DNA of 56,836 nucleotides, taken from positions 1 to 56,836 of IMG/VR virus record IMGVR_UViG_3300037147_000155; one strand, 5' to 3'. Both the position numbers and the translations under genes were made by a program. The notes beneath the pieces are model-generated. The model was not told where the DNA came from. It saw only the letters and a list, made by a program, of their open reading frames with translations, and ran no database searches. Source of the DNA: a virus (Duplodnaviria > Caudoviricetes). This document shows positions 1-9,450 of the stretch, in pieces (the first letter of the stretch is position 1; every line of letters starts with the position of its first letter).

Positions 1-7
1 CTGCCGT

Positions 8-133
8 ATGGCGCCACAATCACGATATCGCTATCGCAACTGTTCGCTATCGTCATCTCTCCCATACTCCTTTTTGATGTGCTCAATCCATCGCTGCTCA
101 GCCACCCTCTGATCCCTGACCACCCGCACAATC
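8..133. repeat. Terminal direct repeat, left copy (126 bp; probably circular assembly overlap)
   Basis: atggcgccac...cgcacaatc is identical to 56711-56836. Confidence 0.95.
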
Positions 134-243
134 TCATACCCGATCCATGCCACCGCAGCCATCAGCATCCCCAGCAGAACCTCTCCCACACTGACATAGC
201 TATCATCGAGTTTGATAGTCACTGTGTCCCCCATAGAGCACAA
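31..243 (-). CDS. Small membrane protein (one TM helix)
   Basis: VLLGMLMAAVAWIGYEIV hydrophobic stretch; co-oriented with neighbouring early genes; start uncertain. Confidence 0.55.
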   Translation of the reverse strand: MCSMGDTVTIKLDDSYVSVGEVLLGMLMAAVAWIGYEIVRVVRDQRVAEQRWIEHIKKEYGRDDDSEQLR

Positions 244-334
244 ATACGTACTCAGTATGCTCTAACCGCCCCACAGGGACAGAATGTGTCCCTACTGTAC
301 CTCAATGAGGCGGTTGCAGCACACTAGCTTCCCT

Positions 335-484
335 CTAGGACCATTCAGTGTCGATGTGCTCCACAAACCACATATCCCCTTCGATGGACGCTACTCTGTC
401 CGCCTCCGCAAGAATAGCCTCAAACGCCAACAGGTCGTAGTCCACTGGCCCTGATTGCTCCATATCCCTAACTTTGCGATCCAT
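335..484 (-). CDS. Small acidic hypothetical protein (49 aa, MDRKVRDMEQ...), not in ORF track
   Basis: Hand-translated; strong RBS AAAGGGAGGACACA before ATG. Confidence 0.6.
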   Translation of the reverse strand: MDRKVRDMEQSGPVDYDLLAFEAILAEADRVASIEGDMWFVEHIDTEWS

Positions 485-602
485 TGTGTCCTCCCTTTGG
501 AATCTCTTTCACGTTACTACTCCCGCATAGCCCACATCTGCGATACTCTCTATAGCCATACTCTGGAGCATAGAACTTCCAGCTACACTCCAGACAGAGC
601 AT
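468..602 (-). CDS. Small Zn-ribbon protein (44 aa, MLCLECSWKF...RCGLCGSSNV)
   Basis: Hand-translated; CxxC...CxxCGS pattern. Confidence 0.55.
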   Translation of the reverse strand: MLCLECSWKFYAPEYGYREYRRCGLCGSSNVKEIPKGGHNGSQS

Positions 603-636
603 CCTAACGGTGTACTGCCAGTTACAGCTCACAGCC

Positions 637-792
637 TTAAATCATCCCAAGCTCTAACAGCCAGCTTGGGCATCCATGCGGACATGTCCCATCAGGCTCT
701 ACCCTACAGCCATCGGTCGCCTTACATACCCCTTCAGACTCCCACTTCTCCAGAGTCTTCAGAGACGGTTCCTTCGTGCGCTTCCTGTCCAT
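637..792 (-). CDS. Small Cys/His metal-binding phage protein (51 aa, ...CKATDGCRVEPDGTCPHGCPSWLLELGMI)
   Basis: Hand-translated; RBS GGGAGGACAGCG-ATG; EPDGxCPHG..SWL pattern that I recall from small phage proteins. Confidence 0.65.
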   Translation of the reverse strand: MDRKRTKEPSLKTLEKWESEGVCKATDGCRVEPDGTCPHGCPSWLLELGMI

Positions 793-863
793 CGCTGTCC
801 TCCCAGGTCAAGTTAACTTCACTGGAGGCCCCATCGCTGAGGCCTCCTAGCAGCTAACTCGCG

Positions 864-1136
864 CTAGGCCTTGACCGCAGGGACGAATGGCACTCCCTTC
901 TTGGCCAGCTTTGACTCATTGGCGGCAATGAACGCCAATATCTTCGGAGCCATCTCGATAATGCTAATCCAGGTGTCGGCATAGTACGCAGCACCATACT
1001 TGCTCGCCACTCCCCTCAACACCACTGTCCCCTTGGGCCCGATACTCAGGCTCATATTCACCTTGCTGGCTTCCTTCGCCGCAGCGAGGTCAGACTCCAT
1101 CTTGGCCACAAGCGCCTTCAGTTGCTCATTGCTCAT
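864..1136 (-). CDS. Hypothetical phage early protein (coiled coil plus small beta domain)
   Basis: Start MSNEQL at 1136 preferred; protein-like composition. Confidence 0.6.
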   Translation of the reverse strand: MSNEQLKALVAKMESDLAAAKEASKVNMSLSIGPKGTVVLRGVASKYGAAYYADTWISIIEMAPKILAFIAANESKLAKKGVPFVPAVKA

Positions 1137-2175
1137 CCCCTGCGCATTGGTGTGACCTTGGCCACACTGGACACGGCTCAATGGGGGTTGCCATGGCGGG
1201 GCGATGCCGCAGATGATACTCATCGCGCTGGCTGTGACTCTATGAGCCGTCTACACTGTAGACAAGATCGTATTGGACTGCTAATTTTCGCGTGGCAACC
1301 GTGCCGCTAGTGCGTCCGGCGCTCGCAGTCGCTCACTCGTAAAGTCTGTTAGTGCTGTGACTTCCAGCGTTCGCAGAGCTGAGGTCGACTGCGCAGTCGT
1401 GGTTCAAATTGCCATCGCGTTCGATAAGGCTGGGTTATCACTCCGCCGTCCTCGATCGGCTTTCGTTATCGCTCGGAGTCGGTCTTCGCCATCGCCAACA
1501 GCGGGCATCCGGCGTCCGTTTCCGCCTTGCGATCACGCTAGCGCGGTTGCATACTGCAATCGGAGCGCCAAAAGCACGGTTTGCGTATGTTGTGGCAAAC
1601 GCAGGCACTTGTGCGAGTGCCGTTTTGCTCGCCATGCAAACTATTGCACACAAATGGCATTTATGTGCCCGTTTGTCGCGCATTTTGGTCCAATGTGACA
1701 CTTTTTGTCACTGCGGCAAAACGCGCCGACAAGGCGAACAGCAAGCGAACAAACGACGAACGTAGTAGGCCGTCGTGTGGCACGTTAGACACAGGGTATT
1801 CCCTGTATGCGTGGTACGTTAGACTCAGGTGAACACTGTAGACGCGGCTGCCGCTATTACCGCTTTGGCCAACATCGTGGCCATTGCGGAACAAGCAGTC
1901 ATCATCGTCTCCCCATGCCCCTGTCCAGGGACCCCTCACCTATCTCTCGACCACTCCCTCTCCAGGCAGGCTTCGGCGACTGCTGAGTCGCATGGATTAC
2001 GCAAAATAAATTGGTGGAATTCCTTCTAACCGTGGTTACTGAGGGCGATAATGTCCACGTGGCCGTGGAGCGCTGCGGCAGAATTTCGTGTGCCTCTTAG
2101 CGAATGACCAGTTGGCAAATGTGGCATCGCACCATGGACATCGAGGGCGGTCGGTGAGTTTGGGTGGGGCAGGGA

Positions 2176-2433
2176 TCACTTGACTCCTAGCAGTGGATAG
2201 TGGGACCCATCTGTAGTCCAGAACCTGCAGCGGGCCAGTGGGGGGATGTTGGAATCGTCCTCTAACCTCAACACTTCGCATACGTTAGTCATTCGGGTGG
2301 GGTTAGTAAAGAAGTGAATACATGAGCAGCAGACCTCAGGCGACTCGGATTCCTCCATGTAGCCGACCTCATCCGGGCCGAACTTGTCCGGGCGGTCCTC
2401 CAGCAAGGCCTCATACTCAGCTCGGCTGATCAC
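2176..2433 (-). CDS. HiPIP-like four-Cys iron-sulfur protein
   Basis: VGY...CCSCIHF...C.V...IPP.ARCRFW follows HiPIP Cys/aromatic spacing; no export signal. Confidence 0.5.
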   Translation of the reverse strand: MISRAEYEALLEDRPDKFGPDEVGYMEESESPEVCCSCIHFFTNPTRMTNVCEVLRLEDDSNIPPLARCRFWTTDGSHYPLLGVK

Positions 2434-2729
2434 CGGACCCCCTTGAACCGTGCAGTAAAGTCTCGGCCGCTGCGATACCCGACTGGCTCCATAATTCCCA
2501 GCTCACAGCATTTTTCCATCAGGCAGGCGTGGGCGGTGATCCAGCCGCTGAAGTAGTCGCCATTTGCCTCCTGCTGCACGTCCTGCTCGACCAGCATCGC
2601 AAGGAGGGCAACTATTTCGATATCCTCGGTTGGGACATAGCGGACAGTGTCCTGCGCTGGCGGAGGATTGTCTATTTCACACCCTCGATCTGCTGCGTTG
2701 ATCCCTGGGTCATCAGGCTGGCGGCTCAC
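2430..2729 (-). CDS. Hypothetical protein
   Basis: 4-bp overlaps with both neighbouring minus-strand ORFs. Confidence 0.55.
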   Translation of the reverse strand: MSRQPDDPGINAADRGCEIDNPPPAQDTVRYVPTEDIEIVALLAMLVEQDVQQEANGDYFSGWITAHACLMEKCCELGIMEPVGYRSGRDFTARFKGVR

Positions 2730-2893
2730 TTGACGATCCCTTGCCGCCGCAGCCGCTTGGCCTCGACGGCCTTCTTTTGGTTGGCCCTGACAGCAGCCCG
2801 CTTGGCGTCGGACCTCGATTGGCCCCCACGTTTGCCAATGTTCGCTAGGTGAGCGCGCAGGGCGGGGTCATTCCAATCAACATGTTCTGCCAT
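2726..2893 (-). CDS. Small basic protein with GKRGG (KGG-like) motif
   Basis: RBS GGAGG before MAEHVDW; GKRGGQSRSDAKRAA. Confidence 0.6.
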   Translation of the reverse strand: MAEHVDWNDPALRAHLANIGKRGGQSRSDAKRAAVRANQKKAVEAKRLRRQGIVK

Positions 2894-2995
2894 TATCGCT
2901 TGACCTCCAGGATTAATATCATCGCTAACAATGCCGCTATCGCTACAACCACTATATCTCCTATCGCATGCGCGGGCTCCCACATTGGACTCCCC

Positions 2996-3024
2996 TTGAC
3001 ACCGGGCTGAGTGTGGCCTACCCT
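2996..3024 (+). promoter_or_regulatory. Sigma70-like promoter
   Basis: TTGACA-N17-TACCCT upstream of AGGAGG RBS and ATG at 3076. Confidence 0.55.
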
Positions 3025-3075
3025 AACCACGCTTGTCAAGCGGCGAAAGGATGCCGCCAAAGGAGGACTCCATCG

Positions 3076-3507
3076 ATGGCTGACTCCCCAAAGTGGCGCA
3101 TCAAGCTCGCGGCAGCCCGCGAGGCCAAACGCATCGCCTGGGAGACTCGCCCCCGGCGCGTCCAGCACGAATGGCACCCTACGGCGAAAAGACGCCGCCA
3201 CTCCAAGAAGACCATGGCCGCGGTCGTAGTCGAGTATGAGCGCCTGATGAATCGCTACCGTGCGCGCAACGGTGGCGCGGAGCCGATCCCCTCTAAGCAA
3301 AAGTCGCTGTGGGCCAACGCTGTGGCCATCGTCACCTGGATCCGCACTCCAGCCTTCCAGAGCCTCCACCAGCGCAAGCGCTCTTACATCAACCACGCCC
3401 GCATACGCGAACGGGCGCGGGTAGCCAAGGAGTTAGCCACCGCCACCGCGGCAGCAGCGCCCCCCAAGCCAGTCGCCCGCAGCCGCTGGAGCCTGCCAGG
3501 CGTGTGA
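3076..3507 (+). CDS. Basic hypothetical protein
   Basis: AGGAGG RBS; Arg/Lys-rich. Confidence 0.6.
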   Translation: MADSPKWRIKLAAAREAKRIAWETRPRRVQHEWHPTAKRRRHSKKTMAAVVVEYERLMNRYRARNGGAEPIPSKQKSLWANAVAIVTWIRTPAFQSLHQRKRSYINHARIRERARVAKELATATAAAAPPKPVARSRWSLPGV

Positions 3508-3560
3508 GTGGGACGGCGATTCCCCTTGACCCTGTGTGATCTCTGTGAGACGTTGCGGAC

Positions 3561-3809
3561 ATGACACTGCCGCAATGTCCAAACTTCCTCAAGAAGGGTA
3601 CTTGTCCTAAGAGCGACCCAATCCTGCTAGGTGAAACTGATGGTGGTGGCCGTTATTACTCATTTGGCTGCCGCACTTGTCGCTGTACTTGGGCGTTGTC
3701 GAAGGAGTGGGGGACACAAGAAACCCGTTATCAAGCTGCCATTCAACATGCCCGCGAACAGGGCGAGCTGGAACGCCGTAAGCGCCTAGACCGTAAGTGG
3801 TTCATCTGA
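3561..3809 (+). CDS. Zn-finger hypothetical protein
   Basis: CPN...CP...CRTC cysteines. Confidence 0.6.
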   Translation: MTLPQCPNFLKKGTCPKSDPILLGETDGGGRYYSFGCRTCRCTWALSKEWGTQETRYQAAIQHAREQGELERRKRLDRKWFI

Positions 3810-3817
3810 GGATCCCT

Positions 3818-4351
3818 ATGCCCCGCCCCCCATTGACTGATGCTCAAAAGGATGTCCTGCGAGCCCGGCTGGCCAACGCCAGGGCCGCCAAAGCCCTCTT
3901 GCCACCGAAGCCCAAGGGGCCAAGGGTGCCACGTTCGAAGGCCACCCCCGCTACTACACCAGTAGTGGCAGCAGTCGCGCCACCCTACGCCGTGTGGACC
4001 GAATCCCAGTGGCTAACCTCCCACGTCGACCTCTGCAAACAGCGCCTGGCGCTGCTGAAATCTGATTTCGAGACTGGGGCCAAAATTGTCGGCCAGCGTG
4101 GGGACTCAAACGACCCTAGGTCATATAGCTGCTTCGTCTGTGCGAATCCGGTGGCTGAGGTCAATCCCTCTGGCAGGGGACCTGGCTGGGTCTGGAAGCA
4201 CGATTACCTCAACACCCGCACTGGCTTATACGAGTCCGTAGTGATCTGCAACCAGCACTGCCACACTGTCTACGTCAATGATACTCGCCTGCAGCTCAAG
4301 CTGAAGGACCTCATCAGGGGTGAGGTATCCGCTCCCGAGGCGGCCGCGTGA
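3818..4351 (+). CDS. Hypothetical protein upstream of TerL (possible TerS or DNA-binding Zn-finger)
   Basis: GTGA overlap with TerL; CFVC...CNQHC; function inferred only from position. Confidence 0.55.
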   Translation: MPRPPLTDAQKDVLRARLANARAAKALLPPKPKGPRVPRSKATPATTPVVAAVAPPYAVWTESQWLTSHVDLCKQRLALLKSDFETGAKIVGQRGDSNDPRSYSCFVCANPVAEVNPSGRGPGWVWKHDYLNTRTGLYESVVICNQHCHTVYVNDTRLQLKLKDLIRGEVSAPEAAA

Positions 4352-6072
4352 ACCTCGAACGCGCCATCCAACTCCTCGACAAGCTGCCAATCAAGAATCG
4401 CGAAAACGGCACCATCCACAACTTCACTCTATTCCCCAACCAGCGAGTGTTTTGCGACAAAATCGGCAAACAAATTAGCGACATTGGTATGGTCCGCGCC
4501 ATCGTCCTCAAGGCCCGCCGCGTGGGCATCAGCTCGGTAACAGATGGACTGTTTGTACCTCATTGTCTCAGCCGTCCGCAGGCCCACGCCAAGATAGTCG
4601 CCCACCGCGCCGACACGGCTGAGGGACTTTTCAGAGTCCCCCGTGACCTTGCCAAGGCCATGCCCTTCTCAGTCGGCGAAATCATGACTCGCAAGATCGT
4701 CTTTCACCACCCCGCGGGCAACAGCCTCCTTGACATCGCCACAGCGGGCTCGGTCAGCGGCGGACGAGGGCTGACTCTATCCGCGCTACACCTCTCTGAG
4801 GCCGCTCAGTTTCCCGGCGATGACTCCTTCCTCTCGCTGCTGCCCGCCGTCCAGAACGGCCCTAACTCTGTCGTCGTCATCGAGTCCACCGCCAATGGCC
4901 GTGTAGGCCTAGGCAAGCCATTTTATGAATTCTGGAACAGCTCTGTAGAAGGCAAAACTGGTTACATTCCTATATTCTGTTCTTGGCTCGACGACCCTGG
5001 CTGCGTGCGCTCCCCTGAGGAGGCCCGAGACGCCCCCAAGACCGACATCGAACGATCTCTGATGGCCAAGCCCTTCTACGCCAACAAGGCTCAAATCGCC
5101 TGGTTCCGCCACACCCTCGAATCCCAATGTCAAGGATTCGTACCTAAATTCTTCCAAGAATATCCGCACACCCCTGAGGTCGCGTTCACCTCCTCAGGCG
5201 ACCCAGCGTTCACCGAAGACGAGATCGCCTACGTGAGGGAGACCGCCTGCGAGCCCCTGATCCTTGGCCACCTCGAACTCAAGGACGGCAAGCCGACTGT
5301 GGTCCACTCCCGCCGCGGAGCCCTGCTCGTGTGGGAACTCCCGGTCAACAATCACAAATATTACATCGGTGCCGACGCCGCCAGCGGAGTAGAAGATGGC
5401 GACTTCGCCGCTTACGCGGTCCTGGATGGCACGACAGGCCACATGGTGGCTCGCTTCGCAGAGCGCGTCCACCCGGAGGCCCTCGCCCGCGAACTCTGGA
5501 TGGCTGGCATCCTCTTCAACAAGGCCCTGATCAACGTAGAGTTGACCGGCGGCCTCGGCAGAGTCATCCAGCGCATCCTCCGGGACGACTACCATTACCC
5601 AGAACTCTACGGCTGGAAAGGTAAGGACGATCGGCCAGCAGGGACCCCCCGCACCCATGCCCCCCGCGGCTGGGAGACCTCCAGCTACAGCCGCCGGATC
5701 CTAATCGACAACTTCAGGCTCTCACTGCGGGCTGGCATCAAAGACGATCTAGGAGGAGTCGAGGTCTATGATAGGTCCCTCATTGACCAGATGGATCGCT
5801 GCACTATGGCTGAAGGCATGAATTGGGAAGTTGAGAAGGGGCACGACGATATTTTATTTGCGTGTATGCTCGCCGTCACCACTTGCATCCAATACCCGCC
5901 TCCCCACGTAGGCGTCCGCAGCCGCCGCCCTGACACCGAAGCGGACGATCCGAAATCCCGAATGCCCATCATCGTCAAGAACGAGCTGCCCATCTCACTC
6001 GGCGACCACCTACGACAGCTGGAGCGCACCATGAAGCGCGCTGGCCGACCCGAGAGTTTAGAAGGTATCTAG
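4348..6072 (+). CDS. terL: Terminase large subunit
   Basis: LKARRVGIS Walker A, LHLSEAA Walker B, IESTANG coupling motif, YYIGADAASG and HDD RNase H-like nuclease motifs. Confidence 0.95.
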   Translation: MNLERAIQLLDKLPIKNRENGTIHNFTLFPNQRVFCDKIGKQISDIGMVRAIVLKARRVGISSVTDGLFVPHCLSRPQAHAKIVAHRADTAEGLFRVPRDLAKAMPFSVGEIMTRKIVFHHPAGNSLLDIATAGSVSGGRGLTLSALHLSEAAQFPGDDSFLSLLPAVQNGPNSVVVIESTANGRVGLGKPFYEFWNSSVEGKTGYIPIFCSWLDDPGCVRSPEEARDAPKTDIERSLMAKPFYANKAQIAWFRHTLESQCQGFVPKFFQEYPHTPEVAFTSSGDPAFTEDEIAYVRETACEPLILGHLELKDGKPTVVHSRRGALLVWELPVNNHKYYIGADAASGVEDGDFAAYAVLDGTTGHMVARFAERVHPEALARELWMAGILFNKALINVELTGGLGRVIQRILRDDYHYPELYGWKGKDDRPAGTPRTHAPRGWETSSYSRRILIDNFRLSLRAGIKDDLGGVEVYDRSLIDQMDRCTMAEGMNWEVEKGHDDILFACMLAVTTCIQYPPPHVGVRSRRPDTEADDPKSRMPIIVKNELPISLGDHLRQLERTMKRAGRPESLEGI

Positions 6073-6080
6073 GAGACTCT

Positions 6081-6332
6081 ATGTATCCAGTCAGCCCAGT
6101 GATCGAAGGTTTCGAGCAACACGAAGTTGTCTTCGCTAAAGACCAGCCGCAATACAAGCCTCTACCTTCTTTGCCAATAGACGACGGAGAGTGCATCGTT
6201 ACCCGTTGGCAACTCTCCTGGAAGGAGGTCCTGCGATTGCTGCTAACCCGCAGTGTCTACCTTAAAGTGAAAACTTTTGGTCACCCACTTCAGCCAGTGA
6301 TGTTGAGCATAAATCCGCCAGAGGTAATCTGA
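6081..6332 (+). CDS. Conserved-looking phage hypothetical protein (AKDQPQY.PLP)
   Basis: GGAG RBS; coupled to next gene. Confidence 0.7.
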   Translation: MYPVSPVIEGFEQHEVVFAKDQPQYKPLPSLPIDDGECIVTRWQLSWKEVLRLLLTRSVYLKVKTFGHPLQPVMLSINPPEVI

Positions 6333-6712
6333 TGCCCATCGAACGCGACCCCAACGAGCCCCTGGATGCGTTCCTATGTCGCATCCTCCTGGCTCTCGCC
6401 AAACAATGCGGTGGCGAGCTGCGCATCAAGGAAGAGACGATTGAGATTGACACCCGCGCCCTCCTTCTGCAAGACTTCGACCCGAAGACCAATGAGATCG
6501 TGTTTAGAGTTGCGTCCCGATATGCCCAGCCAATCTGGATCCAACCAAGGCAATCCGCGTGGACCATCCCCTTCGAAGACCGCGCCCGCCAACTGGGTCT
6601 CGACCAGGCCAGCCGCCACCACGTCCCAACCGATGACGAACTCGCAGCCAAGGAGTCAAGCCAACGCCTGAGGAAACAATCCCGGCCACAGGGTCCGCTG
6701 TCGAGCGCATAG
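6332..6712 (+). CDS. Hypothetical protein
   Basis: TGATG coupling with upstream gene. Confidence 0.65.
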   Translation: MPIERDPNEPLDAFLCRILLALAKQCGGELRIKEETIEIDTRALLLQDFDPKTNEIVFRVASRYAQPIWIQPRQSAWTIPFEDRARQLGLDQASRHHVPTDDELAAKESSQRLRKQSRPQGPLSSA

Positions 6713-6786
6713 GGGCAGACAACGCCCCTAGAGGCAGACGGCCTCCCGACGCCCGCGCTGTCCTGCGCCAAATCGGCGAACAGTTC

Positions 6787-7044
6787 GTGCGGCTGCGCAA
6801 GGAATCCCGCGCAGGTGCGTGGGCCGATCTCCAGGAGCGCCTGATGACCAACATGGCAGCCCTGGTGCCCGACATCACCTCCCTCAAGGACATGCTAGGC
6901 CTATCAGTCTCGATCGAAGAGTTCATGAAGACCGAGGTAGGCAGCCAATCGCTCGACCCCTCTGAGGCCCTGCAGCGATTCCTCAATGCCCCCTCTCCAC
7001 GACCAGCCGCCGCCCACGACCGTGACGAAGGTCCAGTGCAATAA
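6787..7044 (+). CDS. Hypothetical protein (frame is open from 6637; true start may be ACG at 6664)
   Basis: TAATG coupling to portal. Confidence 0.6.
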   Translation: MRLRKESRAGAWADLQERLMTNMAALVPDITSLKDMLGLSVSIEEFMKTEVGSQSLDPSEALQRFLNAPSPRPAAAHDRDEGPVQ

Positions 7045-8753
7045 TGGCCCGCCGAATCCGCTATGCTGCCGCCCGAGAGATCTCAAAACAAGACCCAGAC
7101 TTGACCATCGTGGCGCAGCTCGATAGCCTCCAAGATGCCGCCGACGCCGAACGCGATCGCCGCCTAGGCCAGGGATGGTTTGAGGAGGTGAGGACCTTCT
7201 TCAACATCGACCCGGCAACGTATAGCGCGCCGACCTTTAGGCCACGAATAGTCATCCCAGAGTTGCAGGTCCTGATGCTCAACGAAGCGACCGACCTCAG
7301 CGATGCGCTCCCGCGAATCTACATCACCCATAAGGAGGAGAGGGATAAGCTCCGTGAGAAGGCCTACCAGGAGAACTGGCGTCAGTCGTTCTACAACAAT
7401 AGGTTACTCGAAGCAGAAATATGGTCCCTCTTCTCGGGGACCGGCTTCGTGCAGGTAGGCTTCGATCCGCACGCCCGCCAGGGCAAAGGGGAAGTCTTCA
7501 TCGAGAGCAGGGATCCCGATACTGTCCACCCCGACCCCGGCACCAAGGACTGGAAGCGCTGGAGCTACGTCCAATTCGATGATCGCATGTACATCGACGA
7601 GGTGCGGTCGCGGTGGCCCGACTCTGGCTATCGAGTGATCCCCCGACGAGGCCCCGCGCCGGGCGTCCTGGCCAACTCTGGAACCATGGGCACCGGCATC
7701 AACATGCCCCCCGGCCCAATGTCGGCCGGGCCAGGAATGACGCAGCGCCTCATCAGCAGCGACAGCGTGGTCACCGTCCGCCACACCTTCATCCGCGACT
7801 ACACCGAGGTCGACATCACCAAGGACGAACGGGATCGCATGGCCCAGACCCTCGACAGCCTGTTGGCCATCCCCAAACGGAGGAGGATGTATCCAAATGG
7901 AAGGTGGATCGTCGACTGCGAGGGCATCATCCTCGCGGACGGCCCCAACCCATTCCCTCTCGGCCTATTCCCAATCATCCCCTACCGCGCCATGCCATCC
8001 CTTGGCTGGTTCTGGGGAGTGCCCCCCATCCGCTACACGCGCTCCATCCAACAAATCGCCGAGCGCATGATGACCCAGACCTTTGAGTCCGCGGTGCGCC
8101 TCAACAACGGCATGATCTTCATCGACGAGGCGACAGGGTTGGACGCTGACTCCTATAGTGGCTTGCCGGGGGAAATCGTAGTCATCAACGCCAACTCCAA
8201 GCCGCCCACCATCCAGTGGCCCACTCCCATGCCAGCCCACATGACTCAGCTGCCCAATATGTTGCTGGACCTGCAGAAGCGCCTGCAGGGATTCAGCCCT
8301 GCGCGGTCAGGCCAGACAAGTCCAGGCAATCAGTCCGCTGATCTCTATGACTCGACTATCTATCAGGCGCAGTCAATGACCAGGCTGCGAAGTCGCCTGA
8401 TGGCGGAGCCGATTCAAGCGACTGCTGAGATGGTCTTCTACACCATGTGCCGCTTTTATAAGGATGGAGCAGCATTCGCAGGCATCGACGGCAAGGACGT
8501 CAAGTGGACCAAGTGGACCGCCATGGGCGACGAATCGATGGAGGACTACGGCATCGTCCTCGACCCTGGATCACTCAAGCCAGTCTCCACGGCAGCCCTG
8601 CGCACCATCATCACCGACCTCCTGAAGGCTGGCCAGATTCCCCTCAAGTACGCCCTCGAAGTAATGGAGGTCCCCAACGGTGACGAAATCGCCGAGGCTC
8701 AGCAGCAGGCCCAAGAACTAGCGGCTTTGAGTAAGACTCGCAGGCCTCGATGA
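7044..8753 (+). CDS. Portal protein (P22/podovirus-like)
   Basis: 569 aa after TerL; GTGFVQVGFD, PDPG, FPIIPY...FWG patterns typical of portals. Confidence 0.85.
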   Translation: MARRIRYAAAREISKQDPDLTIVAQLDSLQDAADAERDRRLGQGWFEEVRTFFNIDPATYSAPTFRPRIVIPELQVLMLNEATDLSDALPRIYITHKEERDKLREKAYQENWRQSFYNNRLLEAEIWSLFSGTGFVQVGFDPHARQGKGEVFIESRDPDTVHPDPGTKDWKRWSYVQFDDRMYIDEVRSRWPDSGYRVIPRRGPAPGVLANSGTMGTGINMPPGPMSAGPGMTQRLISSDSVVTVRHTFIRDYTEVDITKDERDRMAQTLDSLLAIPKRRRMYPNGRWIVDCEGIILADGPNPFPLGLFPIIPYRAMPSLGWFWGVPPIRYTRSIQQIAERMMTQTFESAVRLNNGMIFIDEATGLDADSYSGLPGEIVVINANSKPPTIQWPTPMPAHMTQLPNMLLDLQKRLQGFSPARSGQTSPGNQSADLYDSTIYQAQSMTRLRSRLMAEPIQATAEMVFYTMCRFYKDGAAFAGIDGKDVKWTKWTAMGDESMEDYGIVLDPGSLKPVSTAALRTIITDLLKAGQIPLKYALEVMEVPNGDEIAEAQQQAQELAALSKTRRPR

Positions 8754-8986
8754 CCTTCCTCCCTCCCTTCCACACCGACCGCTCCCTCAGCTGGATCAGC
8801 GTGGACCGCGTTGCAGAAATCTGGCACCGCTCCCCTCGCCTCATCCGCCGCTGGTGCATGGATGGCACCCTCGTCGAGATGGGTGCTCGTGTCTATCGCG
8901 ACAAAGGTCGCTGGTGGATTGGCGTGGCACATTCGGAACTCCCGGAATACAAGTTGGAAAACTCCTTGCAACCGCTCCCCTTCTGA
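8750..8986 (+). CDS. Helix-turn-helix DNA-binding protein (excisionase/MerR-like)
   Basis: SVDRVAEIWHRSPRLIRRWCMDG...GRWWI. Confidence 0.6.
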   Translation: MTFLPPFHTDRSLSWISVDRVAEIWHRSPRLIRRWCMDGTLVEMGARVYRDKGRWWIGVAHSELPEYKLENSLQPLPF

Positions 8987-9001
8987 CATCATTGTGCCCC
9001 T

Positions 9002-9244
9002 GTGGCACAAAGATATGAACTCCTATCCCTGGAATCCCACGGCGAATGGTACATCTGCCAGTTTGCCATCAACGATCACCTGGTCGAGGCCTTCTGGGAA
9101 CACAAATCCATCCGCGATAGCTACCTTACCGAGGACTCCTTCATGTCCTACCTTCGCGGCCGCGCCGATTCCCTACTGACCGAATTCGGCGACATCCGCC
9201 TGCGCGGACCAATCGAGGAGCAACATTATGGCCAAGCGGCGTAA
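9002..9244 (+). CDS. Hypothetical protein
   Basis: ORF within the + strand gene run. Confidence 0.55.
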   Translation: MAQRYELLSLESHGEWYICQFAINDHLVEAFWEHKSIRDSYLTEDSFMSYLRGRADSLLTEFGDIRLRGPIEEQHYGQAA

Positions 9245-9365
9245 GGACGACATGGACGACACCTCCGGCTCCGAGATGCCCTTCGGCGGCAAAGGTAAGA
9301 TGGGTGGCGGTCGGGGCAAGCGCAAAAAGGGCCGCAAGGGCAAGCGCTCCAAGGGACGATATTAG
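9228..9365 (+). CDS. Small Gly/Lys/Arg-rich peptide (45 aa, MAKRRKDD...GRGKRKKGRKGKRSKGRY)
   Basis: Hand-translated; GAGGAG RBS. Confidence 0.65.
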   Translation: MAKRRKDDMDDTSGSEMPFGGKGKMGGGRGKRKKGRKGKRSKGRY

Positions 9366-9399
9366 TTAGCCGACGAACTTCGGTGGGGGTCTCCCCTGG

Positions 9400-9416
9400 G
9401 TGGCAGAAAGCGCCAC
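9400..9416 (+). promoter_or_regulatory. Repeated hairpin GTGGCAGAAAGYGCCAC, copy 1
   Basis: Near-identical copy at 10443-10459; both lie before an RBS and ATG. Confidence 0.5.
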
Positions 9417-9450
9417 TGTAGGGTACCCACTGAGGAAAGGAGACCTCAAC

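Noticed and set aside
8-133. Biological direct terminal repeat
   Set aside because: The repeat cuts through a gene and its length fits an assembler k-mer overlap; real termini cannot be set without reads
1357-1939. Overlapping ORFs in the 1.3-1.9 kb region
   Set aside because: No RBS, atypical composition and mutual overlap on both strands; probably non-coding
9380-9450. Hammerhead ribozyme or tRNA
   Set aside because: Lacks the CUGAnGA core in the proper arrangement and has no cloverleaf or T-loop
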